A DNA stretch of 64,000 bases from an uncultured delta proteobacterium (GTDB lineage: Bacteria > Myxococcota_A > Polyangia > Polyangiales > Polyangiaceae), in assembly GCA_963782055.1 (NCBI GenBank), contig CAWAIF010000003.1:832001-896000 (forward strand), read 5' to 3'. The notes under the pieces were generated by a model, which searched no databases, was not told the DNA's origin, and was given only the letters and a program-made list of their open reading frames with translations. The first letter of the stretch is position 1, and each line of letters opens with the position of its first letter. The position numbers and the translations under genes were made by a program. This document shows, in pieces, positions 20,623 to 31,029 of this stretch.

Positions 20623-23600
20623 ATGACTCGACGCTCCCGTTCGCGCCTGCTCCTGCTCGCCGCCACGTCCATCGCGGCGGTGGGCGCCCTCGTCGCCGCG
20701 TGCGCCCCCGCCGCCCCCGAGCCCGTCGTCTCGGGACGCGCGATCCCGCTGACGCGCGACGCGGGGCCGCCCGCGCCGCCCTTCGTCACTCCCTCGCGGT
20801 GGTCGCTCGCTTATTCCCCCCGGTGGCGTCCGCAGACGTCGGTCACCGTCGGCGACGGCGTCACGCTCTGGGTGGGCGAGGGCGGCGAGCGCTGGCTGCA
20901 GAGGTCCTCGGGGATCGAGGCCGCGGCGACGCTGCTCCCCGAGCGCATCGTCGGCGTGCAGCGCGCCGATGCCGGGTACCGCTTCGTCGGCGAGTCGGGC
21001 GCCGTGTACCTCGCGCGCGAGGCACTGGGTGGCGCCCGCCGCGTCTCCGACGCCGTGCCCGGCGCCCGGTCCATCGCGATCGGCAAGAGCGCCATCGTCA
21101 TCGCCACGCACGAGGGCGATCTGGTCCGCAGCGCCGACGCGGGGCACACCTGGACGAAGGTGAAGTTGCCGCAGAGCGACGGCATCGCGGTGAGCGTCGC
21201 GATGAACGGCGCGGCGGGCATCGTGCTGGCGGCGCCGCAGCGCATCTACGGCACCAAGGACGACGGCCTGACGTGGTCGCCGGTCAAGAGCCCGGCCATC
21301 GGCGCCACCCGCGTGACCTCCCACGACGGCGCGGTCTGGCTGGAAGGCGATGGCGACAACCTGCGCTTCGACCCGGCGTGGGGGACCTTCAGCGCCGCCA
21401 CCTCCGCGCACCACGCGGGCACGGTCAACCTGGTCGCACACGACGATCACTCGGTCACCACCACCAGCCGCTACCTGGACGGCAAGCGCGCGCTGGAGAT
21501 CGACGGCACGCCTTCGCACGAGTGGACCGTCGCCGTCGGGGAGCTCGGGGCGATGCCCGCGCCACGGCCGTTGCCCGAGCTCGTCGGCTGCGAGTTCGTC
21601 AACGGCGCCATCCGCGGCAACACCGTCGTGCTCTCGTGCGACGCGCGCGGCACCGTGGCGGACGGCATCGACCGCGACGCCTCCGCGCCGCACACCTATT
21701 ACAACACCGGAGCCCGCAGCTCCGGGGCCCCCGACGGCGGCACCCTGGGCTTCGTGACCAAGATCTACCGGAGCGACGACGGCGGCCGAACCTACCGCGA
21801 CGACGCGACGGTCGAGGGCGGCATCCCGCAGGCCAACGACCAGGCCATCGCCCTGGGTGGTGGCGACTGGCTCTACCTCGGCATGCGCTGCGGCACCGGT
21901 TACTCGCCCGCGTGCCTCCCGGCGCGCGTCCGGCCGAACCGCGCCAACGGCTGGACCGAGCTCCCTCAGGGCGATCGCCGCGCGGGCAACGTGCGCTTCG
22001 CCGGGAGCGTGCTCGACACCAGCGTCTACAGCATCGGCGTGCGCGACGAGGAGGCCTACCTCTTCCAGTGGAAGGCGGGCGCGGGCGCGCCCGAGCCGCT
22101 CGGCAGGATCGCCGGGTCGCTCGAGGCACGGGCGGTGTCCCTGTCCATCGACGACGACGGCGCGGTGCGCGGCTTCGTCCGCGGCGACGGCAAGCCCCAC
22201 GGCTTCGTCTACCGGCAGGGGCAGGGCATGAGCACCCTCGACCTCCCCGCCGAGGCGACGCGCGCCGCCTTCTCCGGCGCGCGCGGCATCGCCATCGACC
22301 GCCGCGGCAAGACGTTCGAGACCGACGACAGCGGCAAGACCTGGGTGCCCGCCGCCTTCCCAGCCTTCGTCACCGACATCGACCAGTGCACCACCTTCGG
22401 CTGCACGACCAACCGTGGCTTCCGCGTCGGCTGGGACATGGCCGCGCCGCCGCCCGCCGCGAGCCAGCCCGCGCCATCGCTGCTGTACGCCAAGCCGCTA
22501 CGCTGCTCGGCCAAGGACAAGTGGGTCACCCTGGGCGGCGGCACCATCCCCAGGGTCGCCAGCGTCGATCACGGGGCCTCCCGCTGGGTGATGCCCGTGC
22601 GCGGGAAGGACGGCCGCATCACCCTGCTGCTCTCCAAGCGCGGCGACCCGACGACCAAGACCACGTCGCTCTCCATGATGGGCCCGGCCCCGGGGCCGCC
22701 CCTGCACGGCTCCGGCACCACCATGCACGTGCAGCCGGAGGGCGTGGTCGTCCTTCGCTACAGCTATCTCCGCAAGCGCACCGGCCTCGGCCGCTACAAC
22801 CCGGTGGACGCGCAGATCGCCTGGTACCGCGACACCACGGGCAAGGTCGGGCACGGCAAGGCGCTCGGGAACCCGGCCTTCCGCGTCAACCGCGACCCGC
22901 AGGACGGCTACGACGCGGAGGTCCCTGCCTACCGCAGGATGCCCGAGGTGCTCTCGCTCCAGCCGAACGGCGTCTACTTCCACTCGCGCGCCTATTCCGA
23001 CGAGGAGGCCGACGACGACGAGCCCGCGAAGCCCGCTCCCTTCGTGCTGCTGCGGGACAACGGGCGGACGGAGAAGCTCAAGTTTCCCAAGGCCGACGAC
23101 GATGGCATGACGATGGTGGCGCCCCTGGACGGCTCGCCGGACGTGCTCGTCGCCAACGACCAGGTGTGGAGCCTCTACCGGCCCAACGGCGCCAAGGCGA
23201 TCCGCTGGGCCGTGATGGGCGGCCTGGAGGATGACGACGCGCCCGTCAACCTCGTCTCTCTCGGCGGCAAGCCGGTGCTCGTGGCCACGGCGCGCGACGC
23301 GGGGCGCGCCTGGGGGATCCGCCTCGGCGCCACGCCCGACCTGGGGCCGATCTTCGCCCTCCCCACGCAGAAGTCGCTGGGCGACCAGCCCACGCCCTGC
23401 GACGGGGCGGTGCCCCACGATCCCTCCGTCCTTCGGTTCGACGCCCCGTGGGTGGTCGGCTCACGCCACCCGGTGATCGTGGACGTGGACGGCGTGGCCC
23501 ACGTGCTCGCCACCGATCGCGCCGAGGTGCGCGGGAGCGCCACCAAGCCCGGGGCCTGCGTCGCCGCCTTCGACGCCACGCTCCCCTCCGGCGTGGACGA

Positions 23601-23826
23601 CGACGACGACGACTGGGGCGCGCTCGTCTTCATGGACGATCTCGCGCACTCCCTCATCTTCCGCGCGGACACGACCGACTGGCCGGCGCAGGTCTCGGTC
23701 CGACCGATGGAGTGTCAGTTCACGGCCGGGCCGCTCCCCAGGTCCTTGCAGGACGCGCCCGGCTTCACCTCCGTCGCGTCCAAGAATCTCGGGGGCATCC
23801 CCGTCGTCCGGCCCCTGCGCCGCTGA
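20623..23826 (+). CDS. large lipoprotein with BNR/Asp-box (beta-propeller) repeats
   Basis: Lipobox VAAC; Asp-box motifs SADAGHTW, TKDDGLTW, SDDGGRTY, TDDSGKTW; 1067 aa from ATG 20623. Confidence 0.8.
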   Translation: MTRRSRSRLLLLAATSIAAVGALVAACAPAAPEPVVSGRAIPLTRDAGPPAPPFVTPSRWSLAYSPRWRPQTSVTVGDGVTLWVGEGGERWLQRSSGIEAAATLLPERIVGVQRADAGYRFVGESGAVYLAREALGGARRVSDAVPGARSIAIGKSAIVIATHEGDLVRSADAGHTWTKVKLPQSDGIAVSVAMNGAAGIVLAAPQRIYGTKDDGLTWSPVKSPAIGATRVTSHDGAVWLEGDGDNLRFDPAWGTFSAATSAHHAGTVNLVAHDDHSVTTTSRYLDGKRALEIDGTPSHEWTVAVGELGAMPAPRPLPELVGCEFVNGAIRGNTVVLSCDARGTVADGIDRDASAPHTYYNTGARSSGAPDGGTLGFVTKIYRSDDGGRTYRDDATVEGGIPQANDQAIALGGGDWLYLGMRCGTGYSPACLPARVRPNRANGWTELPQGDRRAGNVRFAGSVLDTSVYSIGVRDEEAYLFQWKAGAGAPEPLGRIAGSLEARAVSLSIDDDGAVRGFVRGDGKPHGFVYRQGQGMSTLDLPAEATRAAFSGARGIAIDRRGKTFETDDSGKTWVPAAFPAFVTDIDQCTTFGCTTNRGFRVGWDMAAPPPAASQPAPSLLYAKPLRCSAKDKWVTLGGGTIPRVASVDHGASRWVMPVRGKDGRITLLLSKRGDPTTKTTSLSMMGPAPGPPLHGSGTTMHVQPEGVVVLRYSYLRKRTGLGRYNPVDAQIAWYRDTTGKVGHGKALGNPAFRVNRDPQDGYDAEVPAYRRMPEVLSLQPNGVYFHSRAYSDEEADDDEPAKPAPFVLLRDNGRTEKLKFPKADDDGMTMVAPLDGSPDVLVANDQVWSLYRPNGAKAIRWAVMGGLEDDDAPVNLVSLGGKPVLVATARDAGRAWGIRLGATPDLGPIFALPTQKSLGDQPTPCDGAVPHDPSVLRFDAPWVVGSRHPVIVDVDGVAHVLATDRAEVRGSATKPGACVAAFDATLPSGVDDDDDDWGALVFMDDLAHSLIFRADTTDWPAQVSVRPMECQFTAGPLPRSLQDAPGFTSVASKNLGGIPVVRPLRR

Positions 23827-23837
23827 CGCGGAGGGGG

Positions 23838-24338
23838 TCAGTCGCTCGCCGCGTCGGCGCTGCCGGAGTCGGCGGTCGCGTCGGCGCCCGAGTCGCCGCC
23901 GCCGGCGTCGGTGTTGCCCGAGTCGCCGCCGCCGGCGTCCTTGGCGCACGCCCCGGAGGACGCCACCGGACGGGGCGCGTAGCCCTCCGGCGCGCAGAGC
24001 GGCACCGTCTTGCCGTCGCACCCGCAGGCGACGTTCGCCTCGCAGCCGGAGACCTGCGTGTAGGGCTGGCACTCGCCCGCCGCCCCGCACCCCTTGTCGA
24101 CCGCGAAGACGCAGCGGTGGGTGTCGGGGCAGTCCCTGTCCGCGGTGCAGAAGCGACCGTTCGCGTCGCCGCCGCCCTCCGGAAAGACGCCGTTGCCGCT
24201 GGACGAACCAGGATCGTAGGGGTCGTCGTAGTTCTTGTCGCTCGTCGGCGGAGGGAGGGTGGTGTCGGAGCACGCGAGCAGCAGCGCGGCGGTGACGCAG
24301 CCGAGGACGAGGGAGGAGGCGCGCATCGCGGGAGGCAT
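23838..24338 (-). CDS. small Cys-rich lipoprotein (Kazal-like CGCDGKT motif)
   Basis: LLLACS lipobox, C-x5-C pattern, ACGCDGKTV and DAG/DSG-rich tail. Start at 24338 or 24326. Confidence 0.7.
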   Translation of the reverse strand: MPPAMRASSLVLGCVTAALLLACSDTTLPPPTSDKNYDDPYDPGSSSGNGVFPEGGGDANGRFCTADRDCPDTHRCVFAVDKGCGAAGECQPYTQVSGCEANVACGCDGKTVPLCAPEGYAPRPVASSGACAKDAGGGDSGNTDAGGGDSGADATADSGSADAASD

Positions 24339-24370
24339 TGCAGGAAGTATGCGCCCGGTCGTTCGCCGGC

Positions 24371-24895
24371 TCAACGTGGTGCGATGCCCTCGCTCAGGGC
24401 CCGCGCGACCGCGAAGACGTGCGCGTCCTCCCGCCCGGCGTCGCGGATCGCCTCGGCGAGGCGAAGCGCATACTCCGCGTTGTCCCCGCTCGGGCCGCGC
24501 GCGCTGCGCACGGTCTGCACGATGGCCTCCAGCGGCGCGGGGCCGAGGTACTGCGGGTTGTCCGGCCCGGCAAAATAGACGAGCGCCCGCACCGCGCGGC
24601 CGTCCTCCAGCCGCGCGTCAATCTCCAGCCGCACGTAGCCGCCCTGCTCGCGCACGTCCAGGTGCGCGAGCACCTCCTCGCGACGCGCCTCCTCGATGCG
24701 ATAGGCCATCCCCCAGAGCTCGACGTCCGGCGCTTGCACCAGCGTGACCACGCGGCCGGGGGCGTCAACAACGCCACGATGATCGACCGAGCCCTGCCAG
24801 AAGCGTCGCTCCCAGCCGCGCACCGTCGCGCCCACCCGCTCGGCGAAGGGGAAGGTGGGGCGCCAGATGAGCGATCCATACCCGAAGACCCACAT
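24371..24895 (-). CDS. chaC: glutathione-specific gamma-glutamylcyclotransferase (ChaC family)
   Basis: MWVFGYGSLIWRP, RRFWQGSVDHRG..PGRVVTL, WGMAY, LDVREQGGY, GPSGDNAEY. Confidence 0.93.
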   Translation of the reverse strand: MWVFGYGSLIWRPTFPFAERVGATVRGWERRFWQGSVDHRGVVDAPGRVVTLVQAPDVELWGMAYRIEEARREEVLAHLDVREQGGYVRLEIDARLEDGRAVRALVYFAGPDNPQYLGPAPLEAIVQTVRSARGPSGDNAEYALRLAEAIRDAGREDAHVFAVARALSEGIAPR

Positions 24896-25008
24896 GCCGC
24901 CGGACTCTACCCCCGACCCGCAGCTCGTGGGGCTGGCGATGGGGACGAGCATCGCCCCGGCCCGATTCGGCGGAGCCGAATGGTGCACGGTGATTTAGGA
25001 TGCAACGC

Positions 25009-26637
25009 ATGCTCGACGTGCCGCTCCCCATCGCCTGCCCCGTCAACGAACCCATCCTCGGCTACATGCCAGGCTCACCCGAGCGCCAGTCCCTGCGCGA
25101 CGCGCTGGGCGACCTCGCCGGCGAGCGGCCGGACGTCCCCCACGTCATCGGCGGCAAGGAGCTGCGCGAGGGCGCGCCCTTCGACGTTTGCGCCCCGCAC
25201 GACCACGGCCTCGTCCTGGCGAAGTGCCACCAGGGCGGCGGGGCGATGGCGAAGAAGGCGATCGAGGCGGCGCTGGCCGCCGCGCCCGGGTGGGCCGCCA
25301 CCCCCTTCGAGGAGCGCGCCCGCGTCTTCCTCCGCGCGGCCGACATGCTCGCCGGCCCCTGGCGCGCGACGATCAACGCCGCCACCATGCTCGGCCAGAG
25401 CAAGACGGCGTTCCAGGCGGAGATCGACGCGGCGTGCGAGCTCATCGACTTCCTCCGCTTCAACGTGCACTTCGCCTCCCGCCTCGCGGAGCAGCCCTAC
25501 TCGCCCGCCGGCGTACGCAACGCCCTGGAGCTCCGCCCGCTGGAGGGCTTCGTCCTCGCCGTCACGCCGTTCAACTTCACCGCCATCGCCGGCAACCTCC
25601 CGAGCGCGCCCGCGCTCATGGGCAACGTGGTGGTGTGGAAGCCGGCGGAGAACCAGAGCCTCGCCGCCTATCACACGATGCAGCTCTTCCAGGCGGCCGG
25701 CCTTCCTCCCGGCGTCATCAACGTCGTCTACGGCGAGGGCGCGCCGGTCGCGCGCGCGTGCCTGGAGGACCCGCACCTCGCCGGCGTCCACTTCACCGGC
25801 TCCACGCGCGTCTTCCAGGACATCCAGCGCGGCGTCGGCGAGCACATCGCGAGCTACCGGAGCTACCCGCGCGTCGTCGGCGAGACGGGCGGCAAGGACT
25901 TCGTCTTCGCCCACGCGTCGGCCGACGCCGACGCGCTCGCCGTCGCGCTCGTGCGCGGCGCCTACGAGTTCCAGGGGCAGAAGTGCTCCGCCGCATCGCG
26001 CGCGTACGTGCCGCGCTCCCTCTGGCCGTCGGTGCGCGACCGTATCGTCGCCGAGATCGGCGCGATCCGCATGGGTGACGTGCGCGACTTTCGCACCTTC
26101 ATGGGCGCGGTGATCAACGAGCGCGCGTGGACGCGCCTCTCCGGCTGGCGCGACCGCCTGAAGAAGGACGCGTCCTGCGAGGTCCTCGCCGATCCCGGGT
26201 GGTCGCGCGATGCCGGCTGGTTCGCCGGTCCCACGCTGGTGGAGGTGAGCGATCCCTCGCACGACGTGATGCAGCAGGAGCTCTTCGGGCCCCTCCTCTC
26301 GGTGTACGCCTACGACGACGCGAAGGTGGACGAGACGCTGCGCCTGGTCGACAAGACGAGCCCCTACGGCCTGACAGGCGCCATCTTCGCGCGCGACCGC
26401 GGGGTCATCGCGCGCGCCATGCACACGCTGCGGCAGGCCGCGGGCAACCTCTACATCAACGACAAGCCCACCGGCGCGGTCGTGGGGCAGCAGCCCTTCG
26501 GCGGGGCGCGCGCGTCGGGCACCAACGACAAGGCCGGCAGCGCGTACAACTTGCTGCGCTGGGCCTCGCCGCGCGTGGTGAAGGAGACCTTCGTCCCGCC
26601 GGTGAAGGTCGGCTACCCGTACATGTCCGAGGGCTGA
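25009..26637 (+). CDS. pruA: L-glutamate gamma-semialdehyde (P5C) dehydrogenase
   Basis: NEPILGYMPGSPER, ATMLGQSKTAFQAEIDAACELIDFLRFN, PFNFTAI, FTGST, GETGGKDF, EFQGQKCSA, YGLTGA, GNLYINDKPTGAVVGQQPFGG. Start chosen at 25009, after TAGGAT; the ORF track starts at 25000. Confidence 0.95.
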   Translation: MLDVPLPIACPVNEPILGYMPGSPERQSLRDALGDLAGERPDVPHVIGGKELREGAPFDVCAPHDHGLVLAKCHQGGGAMAKKAIEAALAAAPGWAATPFEERARVFLRAADMLAGPWRATINAATMLGQSKTAFQAEIDAACELIDFLRFNVHFASRLAEQPYSPAGVRNALELRPLEGFVLAVTPFNFTAIAGNLPSAPALMGNVVVWKPAENQSLAAYHTMQLFQAAGLPPGVINVVYGEGAPVARACLEDPHLAGVHFTGSTRVFQDIQRGVGEHIASYRSYPRVVGETGGKDFVFAHASADADALAVALVRGAYEFQGQKCSAASRAYVPRSLWPSVRDRIVAEIGAIRMGDVRDFRTFMGAVINERAWTRLSGWRDRLKKDASCEVLADPGWSRDAGWFAGPTLVEVSDPSHDVMQQELFGPLLSVYAYDDAKVDETLRLVDKTSPYGLTGAIFARDRGVIARAMHTLRQAAGNLYINDKPTGAVVGQQPFGGARASGTNDKAGSAYNLLRWASPRVVKETFVPPVKVGYPYMSEG

Positions 26638-26643
26638 CGCGCG

Positions 26644-27870
26644 ATGGGCGCCGAGCCCGGCGACGAGGTGACGTTCGATGGAGAGCGCCTCGTCCAGTGG
26701 GAGGCCGACGCGCGGACGCGGGCGCTGTCTCGCTGGGGCCCGTGGACGGTGGTCGGGCTGATCGGCGTCGCCATGATGCGCCTGGGCGACCACCCGGGCG
26801 TGGCCCTCACCCCGCTGCTCGTGCTGTCCATCCTGGCGCTGCTGGCGACGCGCTTGCGGCAGTCGCGGGCGGCGGCGTGGCGCGCCGTGACGGTGGTCGC
26901 CTCGCGCGCGGGCCTGCGCGTCGGCAACGAGCACGTCCCGGACGTCGAGCTGGAGTCGGCGATGGTCGAGCCGGAGCTGGACGGCGGCCCGGTCGTGCGT
27001 GTCCGGCGGAAGCGCGCCGCGCCGCTGCTGGTGCGGGTGACCGACGTGGAGGATGGCCGGCGTCTGGTTCGCGCCCTCGGACTCGACCCCACCCGCCGCC
27101 TCGCCGAGATGCGCGCGCCTTCATGGGTGCTGACGCGCTACCCGCGCGCGACGCCCTTCGTCGTCGCGGCGGCGGCCATCCTCTGGGCGCTCCCCCTCTT
27201 CTCCTCGTCGCCGCTCTTCGTCTTCGCGCGGTGGGTGCTGTACCTCGCGAGCATCGCGGTGGTCCTCTGGCCCAGCCGCGTCGCCGTGGGCGCCGACGGC
27301 CTGCTCATCCGGTGGCTGGCGTACCGCCGCTTCATCCGCTTCGCCGACGTGAGGGACATGCACGTGGTGGAGCGGCGCAACCGTCGCGTCGCGCGCATCG
27401 TGCTGCGCTCGGGGGAGGCGCTGGAGCTGCTGCTCACGACACGGCAAGGCGCGCCGCGGAGCGCGGCGCTGGTGGAGCGCATCGAGGAGGGCCTGCTGGC
27501 GGCGAGGGCCAGCGCCGGCGAGTTCCTCCCCTACCTCCCGGCGCGCGCCGACAAGCCAGTGCGCCAGTGGCTGGAGGAGCTGCGCGGCTTCGGCATGGGG
27601 ATGGCGACCCACCGGACGGCGGCGGCGGACCCGGAGGCGCTGGCGCGGGTGGTGGAGAGCGCCGCGGCCACCCCCAAGGATCGCGCGGCGGCCGCGGTGG
27701 CGCTGGCGGCGAGCGACGGGGGCGTCCCCCGCCTGCGCGTCGCCGCCGAGGCGGTGGCGGAGCCGAAGCTGCGGGTGGCGATCGACGCGGTGGCGGGCGG
27801 TGACGAGGCGGCGCTGGAGGAGGCGCTGGACGAGCTGGAGCGCGACGCGAGGGTGGCTGCGGGCTCCTGA
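26644..27870 (+). CDS. hypothetical membrane protein with two PH-like segments and a helical C-terminal domain
   Basis: 408-aa ORF with two pairs of TM helices, each followed by a V.VG.DGL-like beta region; follows pruA directly. Confidence 0.7.
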   Translation: MGAEPGDEVTFDGERLVQWEADARTRALSRWGPWTVVGLIGVAMMRLGDHPGVALTPLLVLSILALLATRLRQSRAAAWRAVTVVASRAGLRVGNEHVPDVELESAMVEPELDGGPVVRVRRKRAAPLLVRVTDVEDGRRLVRALGLDPTRRLAEMRAPSWVLTRYPRATPFVVAAAAILWALPLFSSSPLFVFARWVLYLASIAVVLWPSRVAVGADGLLIRWLAYRRFIRFADVRDMHVVERRNRRVARIVLRSGEALELLLTTRQGAPRSAALVERIEEGLLAARASAGEFLPYLPARADKPVRQWLEELRGFGMGMATHRTAAADPEALARVVESAAATPKDRAAAAVALAASDGGVPRLRVAAEAVAEPKLRVAIDAVAGGDEAALEEALDELERDARVAAGS

Positions 27871-28154
27871 GGCCTGTTTCCCGCCGCCGCGTCGGATTGT
27901 CGGCATGCTTGCGCTCCGACGCGCGGCGCGGATCCGCGAGCGACCCCCATCCAGCCAGAGAGGAAATTTCCTACCATCTAGCCAAGCCGTCTCCTCCTTG
28001 GTACTACCGCGCCTCGACAGTACTGCCGCGCCAGCGTGGGCGGCGTTTCGGGGATCCGGGGCTCGTGGAGTGGAGCGGCACGAGCAAGCGACCTCGCGGT
28101 GTCGGGGGCCGATTCCCACGACGACAAGGCCAACGGCCGAGAGAAGGAGAAAAC

Positions 28155-29456
28155 ATGGCGACGAAGGGCTGGATCAAGAAGGCCTCCTGGCCGGTGCTGG
28201 CGCTGGGGCTCGCGTCCCCGCTGTTCATTCACTGCGGGGGGAACATCCCGGGTGTGAACAACATCCCTGGCGGGGAGAACCTCCCGGGCGGCGCCAACGC
28301 GCCGAAGTGCCCGGACATGGCGGACGCCGACGGCGCGCTCGATTTCGACTGGGCGGGCAACTACAAGCTCGACGCCAAGGTCGCCAACCAGGTCAAGGGC
28401 GGTGTCGCCGCCTCCATCGAGATCAAGCAGGTCTCCGACATGATCGACGCGGACCTGAAGACGGGCTGCGGCGGTCTGGCGAAGGACCTCGGCGCGACGG
28501 GCGACTTCAAGACCGGCGAGGAGGCCTGCAAGGCCGCCATCAAGGTCGTCGGCGACGTCAAGGCGAAGCTGGGTGGCAAGCTCACCGTCGCCCTGAAGAT
28601 CGATCCGCCGAAGTGCGGCGCCTCGCTCGACGTGGTCGCCGACTGCGCGGCCAAGTGCGACCCCAACATCCAGCCCGGCAGCGCCAAGGTGGAGTGCGAG
28701 CCCGGCAAGCTGCAGGGCCAGTGCTCGGCGCAGTGCTCCGGCTCCTGCGACGTCGAGGGCGGCGCCAAGTGCGACGGCCAGTGCTCCGGCAAGTGCGACG
28801 CGCAGGTCAGCGGCACGTGCAGCGGCACGTGCAACGGCAAGTGCGACGGCAAGAACTCGCACGGCTCCTGCGCGGGCAAGTGCGACGGCAAGTGCGACGG
28901 CCAGATCCAGGGCGAGTGCAAGGGCTCGTGCTCCGGCTCGTGCAAGCTCAAGGCGAAGGCGGAGTGCAAGGGCACCTGCAGCGGCAGCTGCTCGGCCGAG
29001 ATGAAGGCCCCCAAGTGCACCGGCGAGGTGAAGCCCCCGTCGATGAGCCCGGAGTGCAAGGCGCACTGCGACGCGAAGGCGGAGGCCAAGGTGGAGTGCA
29101 CCCCGGCGCACGTCGCCGTGGCGCTCTCCGGCGGCGCCGACGCCAAGCTCCAGGCCAAGTTCCAGATGGCCCTGGAGAAGAACCTGCCCCTCATCGTCAA
29201 GGTGGCCATGGGCATGGGTGACCGCGTGACCAAGCTGGCCGGCGACGTGAAGGATGTCGTCGGTGGCGTGCAGGGCGCGGTTCAGGGCGCGGTCTCGGCC
29301 TCGCCGATGATCGGCGCGCAGCTCACCTCGTGCGTGGCGGCTCCCTTCAAGGGCGCTGTCGACGCCGCGGCGGCGGTGCAGGCCAACGTGAAGGTCTCGG
29401 TCAACGTCTCCGCGAGCGTGTCCGCCAAGGGCAGCGCGAGCGGCAGCACGAAGTAA
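28155..29456 (+). CDS. Cys-rich lipoprotein with (CxGx)n repeats
   Basis: Strong RBS AGGAGA before ATG, signal peptide ending FIHC, long CSGSC/CDGKC array, downstream terminator. Confidence 0.85.
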   Translation: MATKGWIKKASWPVLALGLASPLFIHCGGNIPGVNNIPGGENLPGGANAPKCPDMADADGALDFDWAGNYKLDAKVANQVKGGVAASIEIKQVSDMIDADLKTGCGGLAKDLGATGDFKTGEEACKAAIKVVGDVKAKLGGKLTVALKIDPPKCGASLDVVADCAAKCDPNIQPGSAKVECEPGKLQGQCSAQCSGSCDVEGGAKCDGQCSGKCDAQVSGTCSGTCNGKCDGKNSHGSCAGKCDGKCDGQIQGECKGSCSGSCKLKAKAECKGTCSGSCSAEMKAPKCTGEVKPPSMSPECKAHCDAKAEAKVECTPAHVAVALSGGADAKLQAKFQMALEKNLPLIVKVAMGMGDRVTKLAGDVKDVVGGVQGAVQGAVSASPMIGAQLTSCVAAPFKGAVDAAAAVQANVKVSVNVSASVSAKGSASGSTK

Positions 29457-29473
29457 CTCGACCTTCGAGACGC

Positions 29474-29516
29474 GGCGGCGGGGATGCCTCGAAAGAGGCG
29501 TCCCCGTCGTCATTTT
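29474..29516 (+). terminator. intrinsic terminator-like hairpin
   Basis: 17-bp stem GGCGGCGGGGATGCCTC / GAGGCGTCCCCGTCGTC (three G-U pairs), GAAA loop, followed by ATTTT, just after the stop at 29456. Confidence 0.75.
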
Positions 29517-29589
29517 GTGCGCGCGCGCGCCTTCCTGCGCAGAGAACCCGCGTGCAAAGAGCGTCCCGCCCGGGTGCTAGTCTCGTGTC

Positions 29590-30141
29590 ATGAGGCCGCC
29601 GCCGATGCTCGCGATCGCCGCGGCGGTCACGCTCGGTGGCTGCGGCGCGCGCACGGGCCTCGGCGTGGCCGGCGGGTCGGGCGCCGGGGACGCGGGCCCG
29701 CGCGACGCCGCCTGCGTGTCACGGACGCTCACCCGGCAGGTCCCGGTCGCGTCGCCGTGGTTCGACACCGGCATCGATCTCGTGGCTGGCGCGCGCCTCG
29801 TCGTTCACGCCACCGGCACCGTCCGCTACGGCGGCGGAGGGTTGCAATTGACCGACGCGAACGGCGGCAACTTCGACGGCCAGAAGTTCTTCGGCAGCGC
29901 GGTCCTTCCGGGGGCGGTGGTGGTGAGCCTGATCGGCAAGACGGGTGGCTCCGCGACGGTGGGGACGGGGGCGCCCGTTCCGGAAGGCACGCCGGGCGAC
30001 GGCACCGGCTTCGTGGGCACGAGCTACGACCGGACCGTGCCGTCCGGCGGCCGGCTGTTCCTCGGGTTCAACGACCAGCGCGACGCCTTCGGCGACAACA
30101 GTGGCGCCTTCACCGTCGCCGTGATGGTCGTCTGTGAGTGA
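29590..30141 (+). CDS. lipoprotein with LecA/PA-IL-like lectin-fold domain
   Basis: LGGC lipobox; WFDTGIDL..G..L.V.ATG, SLIGK, FVG, GRLFLGFND..GDNSGAFTV pattern of PA-IL-like domains. Confidence 0.65.
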   Translation: MRPPPMLAIAAAVTLGGCGARTGLGVAGGSGAGDAGPRDAACVSRTLTRQVPVASPWFDTGIDLVAGARLVVHATGTVRYGGGGLQLTDANGGNFDGQKFFGSAVLPGAVVVSLIGKTGGSATVGTGAPVPEGTPGDGTGFVGTSYDRTVPSGGRLFLGFNDQRDAFGDNSGAFTVAVMVVCE

Positions 30142-30228
30142 GTCGTGGCATGAGCATCCACGCCCCGGGCCATGATCTCCGTCGCGCGCGCCGCGAAGCA
30201 CGGGCCGTCCCCGACCCCGTGCGGATCG

Positions 30229-30894
30229 TCATCGATCGCTGACGCGCCGGGCGACCAGCACCTCGGAGGGAACGCCCCACATGGAGACCACCTCCCAGTG
30301 CGCGACCGTCCACGCCTCCGGGTCGAGGTGCTCGCGCACGCGCACCGGCCGGCAGCCGCCGACCAGGCTCGGGGCGAGCGCGTAGAGGCGATTCCACGTC
30401 GCGCACACGGCCCGGGAGACCGCGCCGCGCCCCTCCGTCAGCGCGACGACGCAAAGCGCGCCGCCGGGCGCGAGCACGCGGCGCGCCTCGACGAGCACAT
30501 CACGCATCACCGGCTCGGAGAGCAGGTCCAGCACATAGGCGACGACGAATCGATCGAACGCGCCGTCGGCGTCGGCGAGTCCCTTCGACGCGTCCTCCTC
30601 GCGCACCGCGGCGCGCTCGGCCCACGGCGCGAGCCGCCTCCTCGCCAGCCGGACCATCGTGGAGCTCACGTCCACGCCGACGTAGCGTGCGTCCGGGGGG
30701 AGCCGCTCTCGCAGGAGCCGCTCGGCGAACCGTCCGGTGCCGCAGCCCAGCTCGAACACCGAGGAGGCGTGCTCGAAGTCGGCGTGCGCGACGAGACGAT
30801 CCAGCGCCGCGTTCTCGTAGAACTGCAGGTCCTGCTTCGCGCCGAACCGGTCGTAGAAGCGCTTCGCGTCGTCCGGGCCGAACGTGCGTGGCAT
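30229..30894 (-). CDS. class I SAM-dependent methyltransferase
   Basis: VFELGCGTG, YVGVDVSSTM, FDRFVVAYVLDLL, RVLAPGG. Confidence 0.9.
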   Translation of the reverse strand: MPRTFGPDDAKRFYDRFGAKQDLQFYENAALDRLVAHADFEHASSVFELGCGTGRFAERLLRERLPPDARYVGVDVSSTMVRLARRRLAPWAERAAVREEDASKGLADADGAFDRFVVAYVLDLLSEPVMRDVLVEARRVLAPGGALCVVALTEGRGAVSRAVCATWNRLYALAPSLVGGCRPVRVREHLDPEAWTVAHWEVVSMWGVPSEVLVARRVSDR

Positions 30895-31029
30895 GCGCCC
30901 AGCGTAGGGCCGCCTCAGCCTTCCAGCCAGGCCGGCGGCCTGCCCTTGGCCAGACCCCGGCCGGGCGGGCCCGCACCAAGAAAATGCGATATGACTGCCT
31001 TCCCCCGTTCGTTTGCCGCTCGTACCCGC

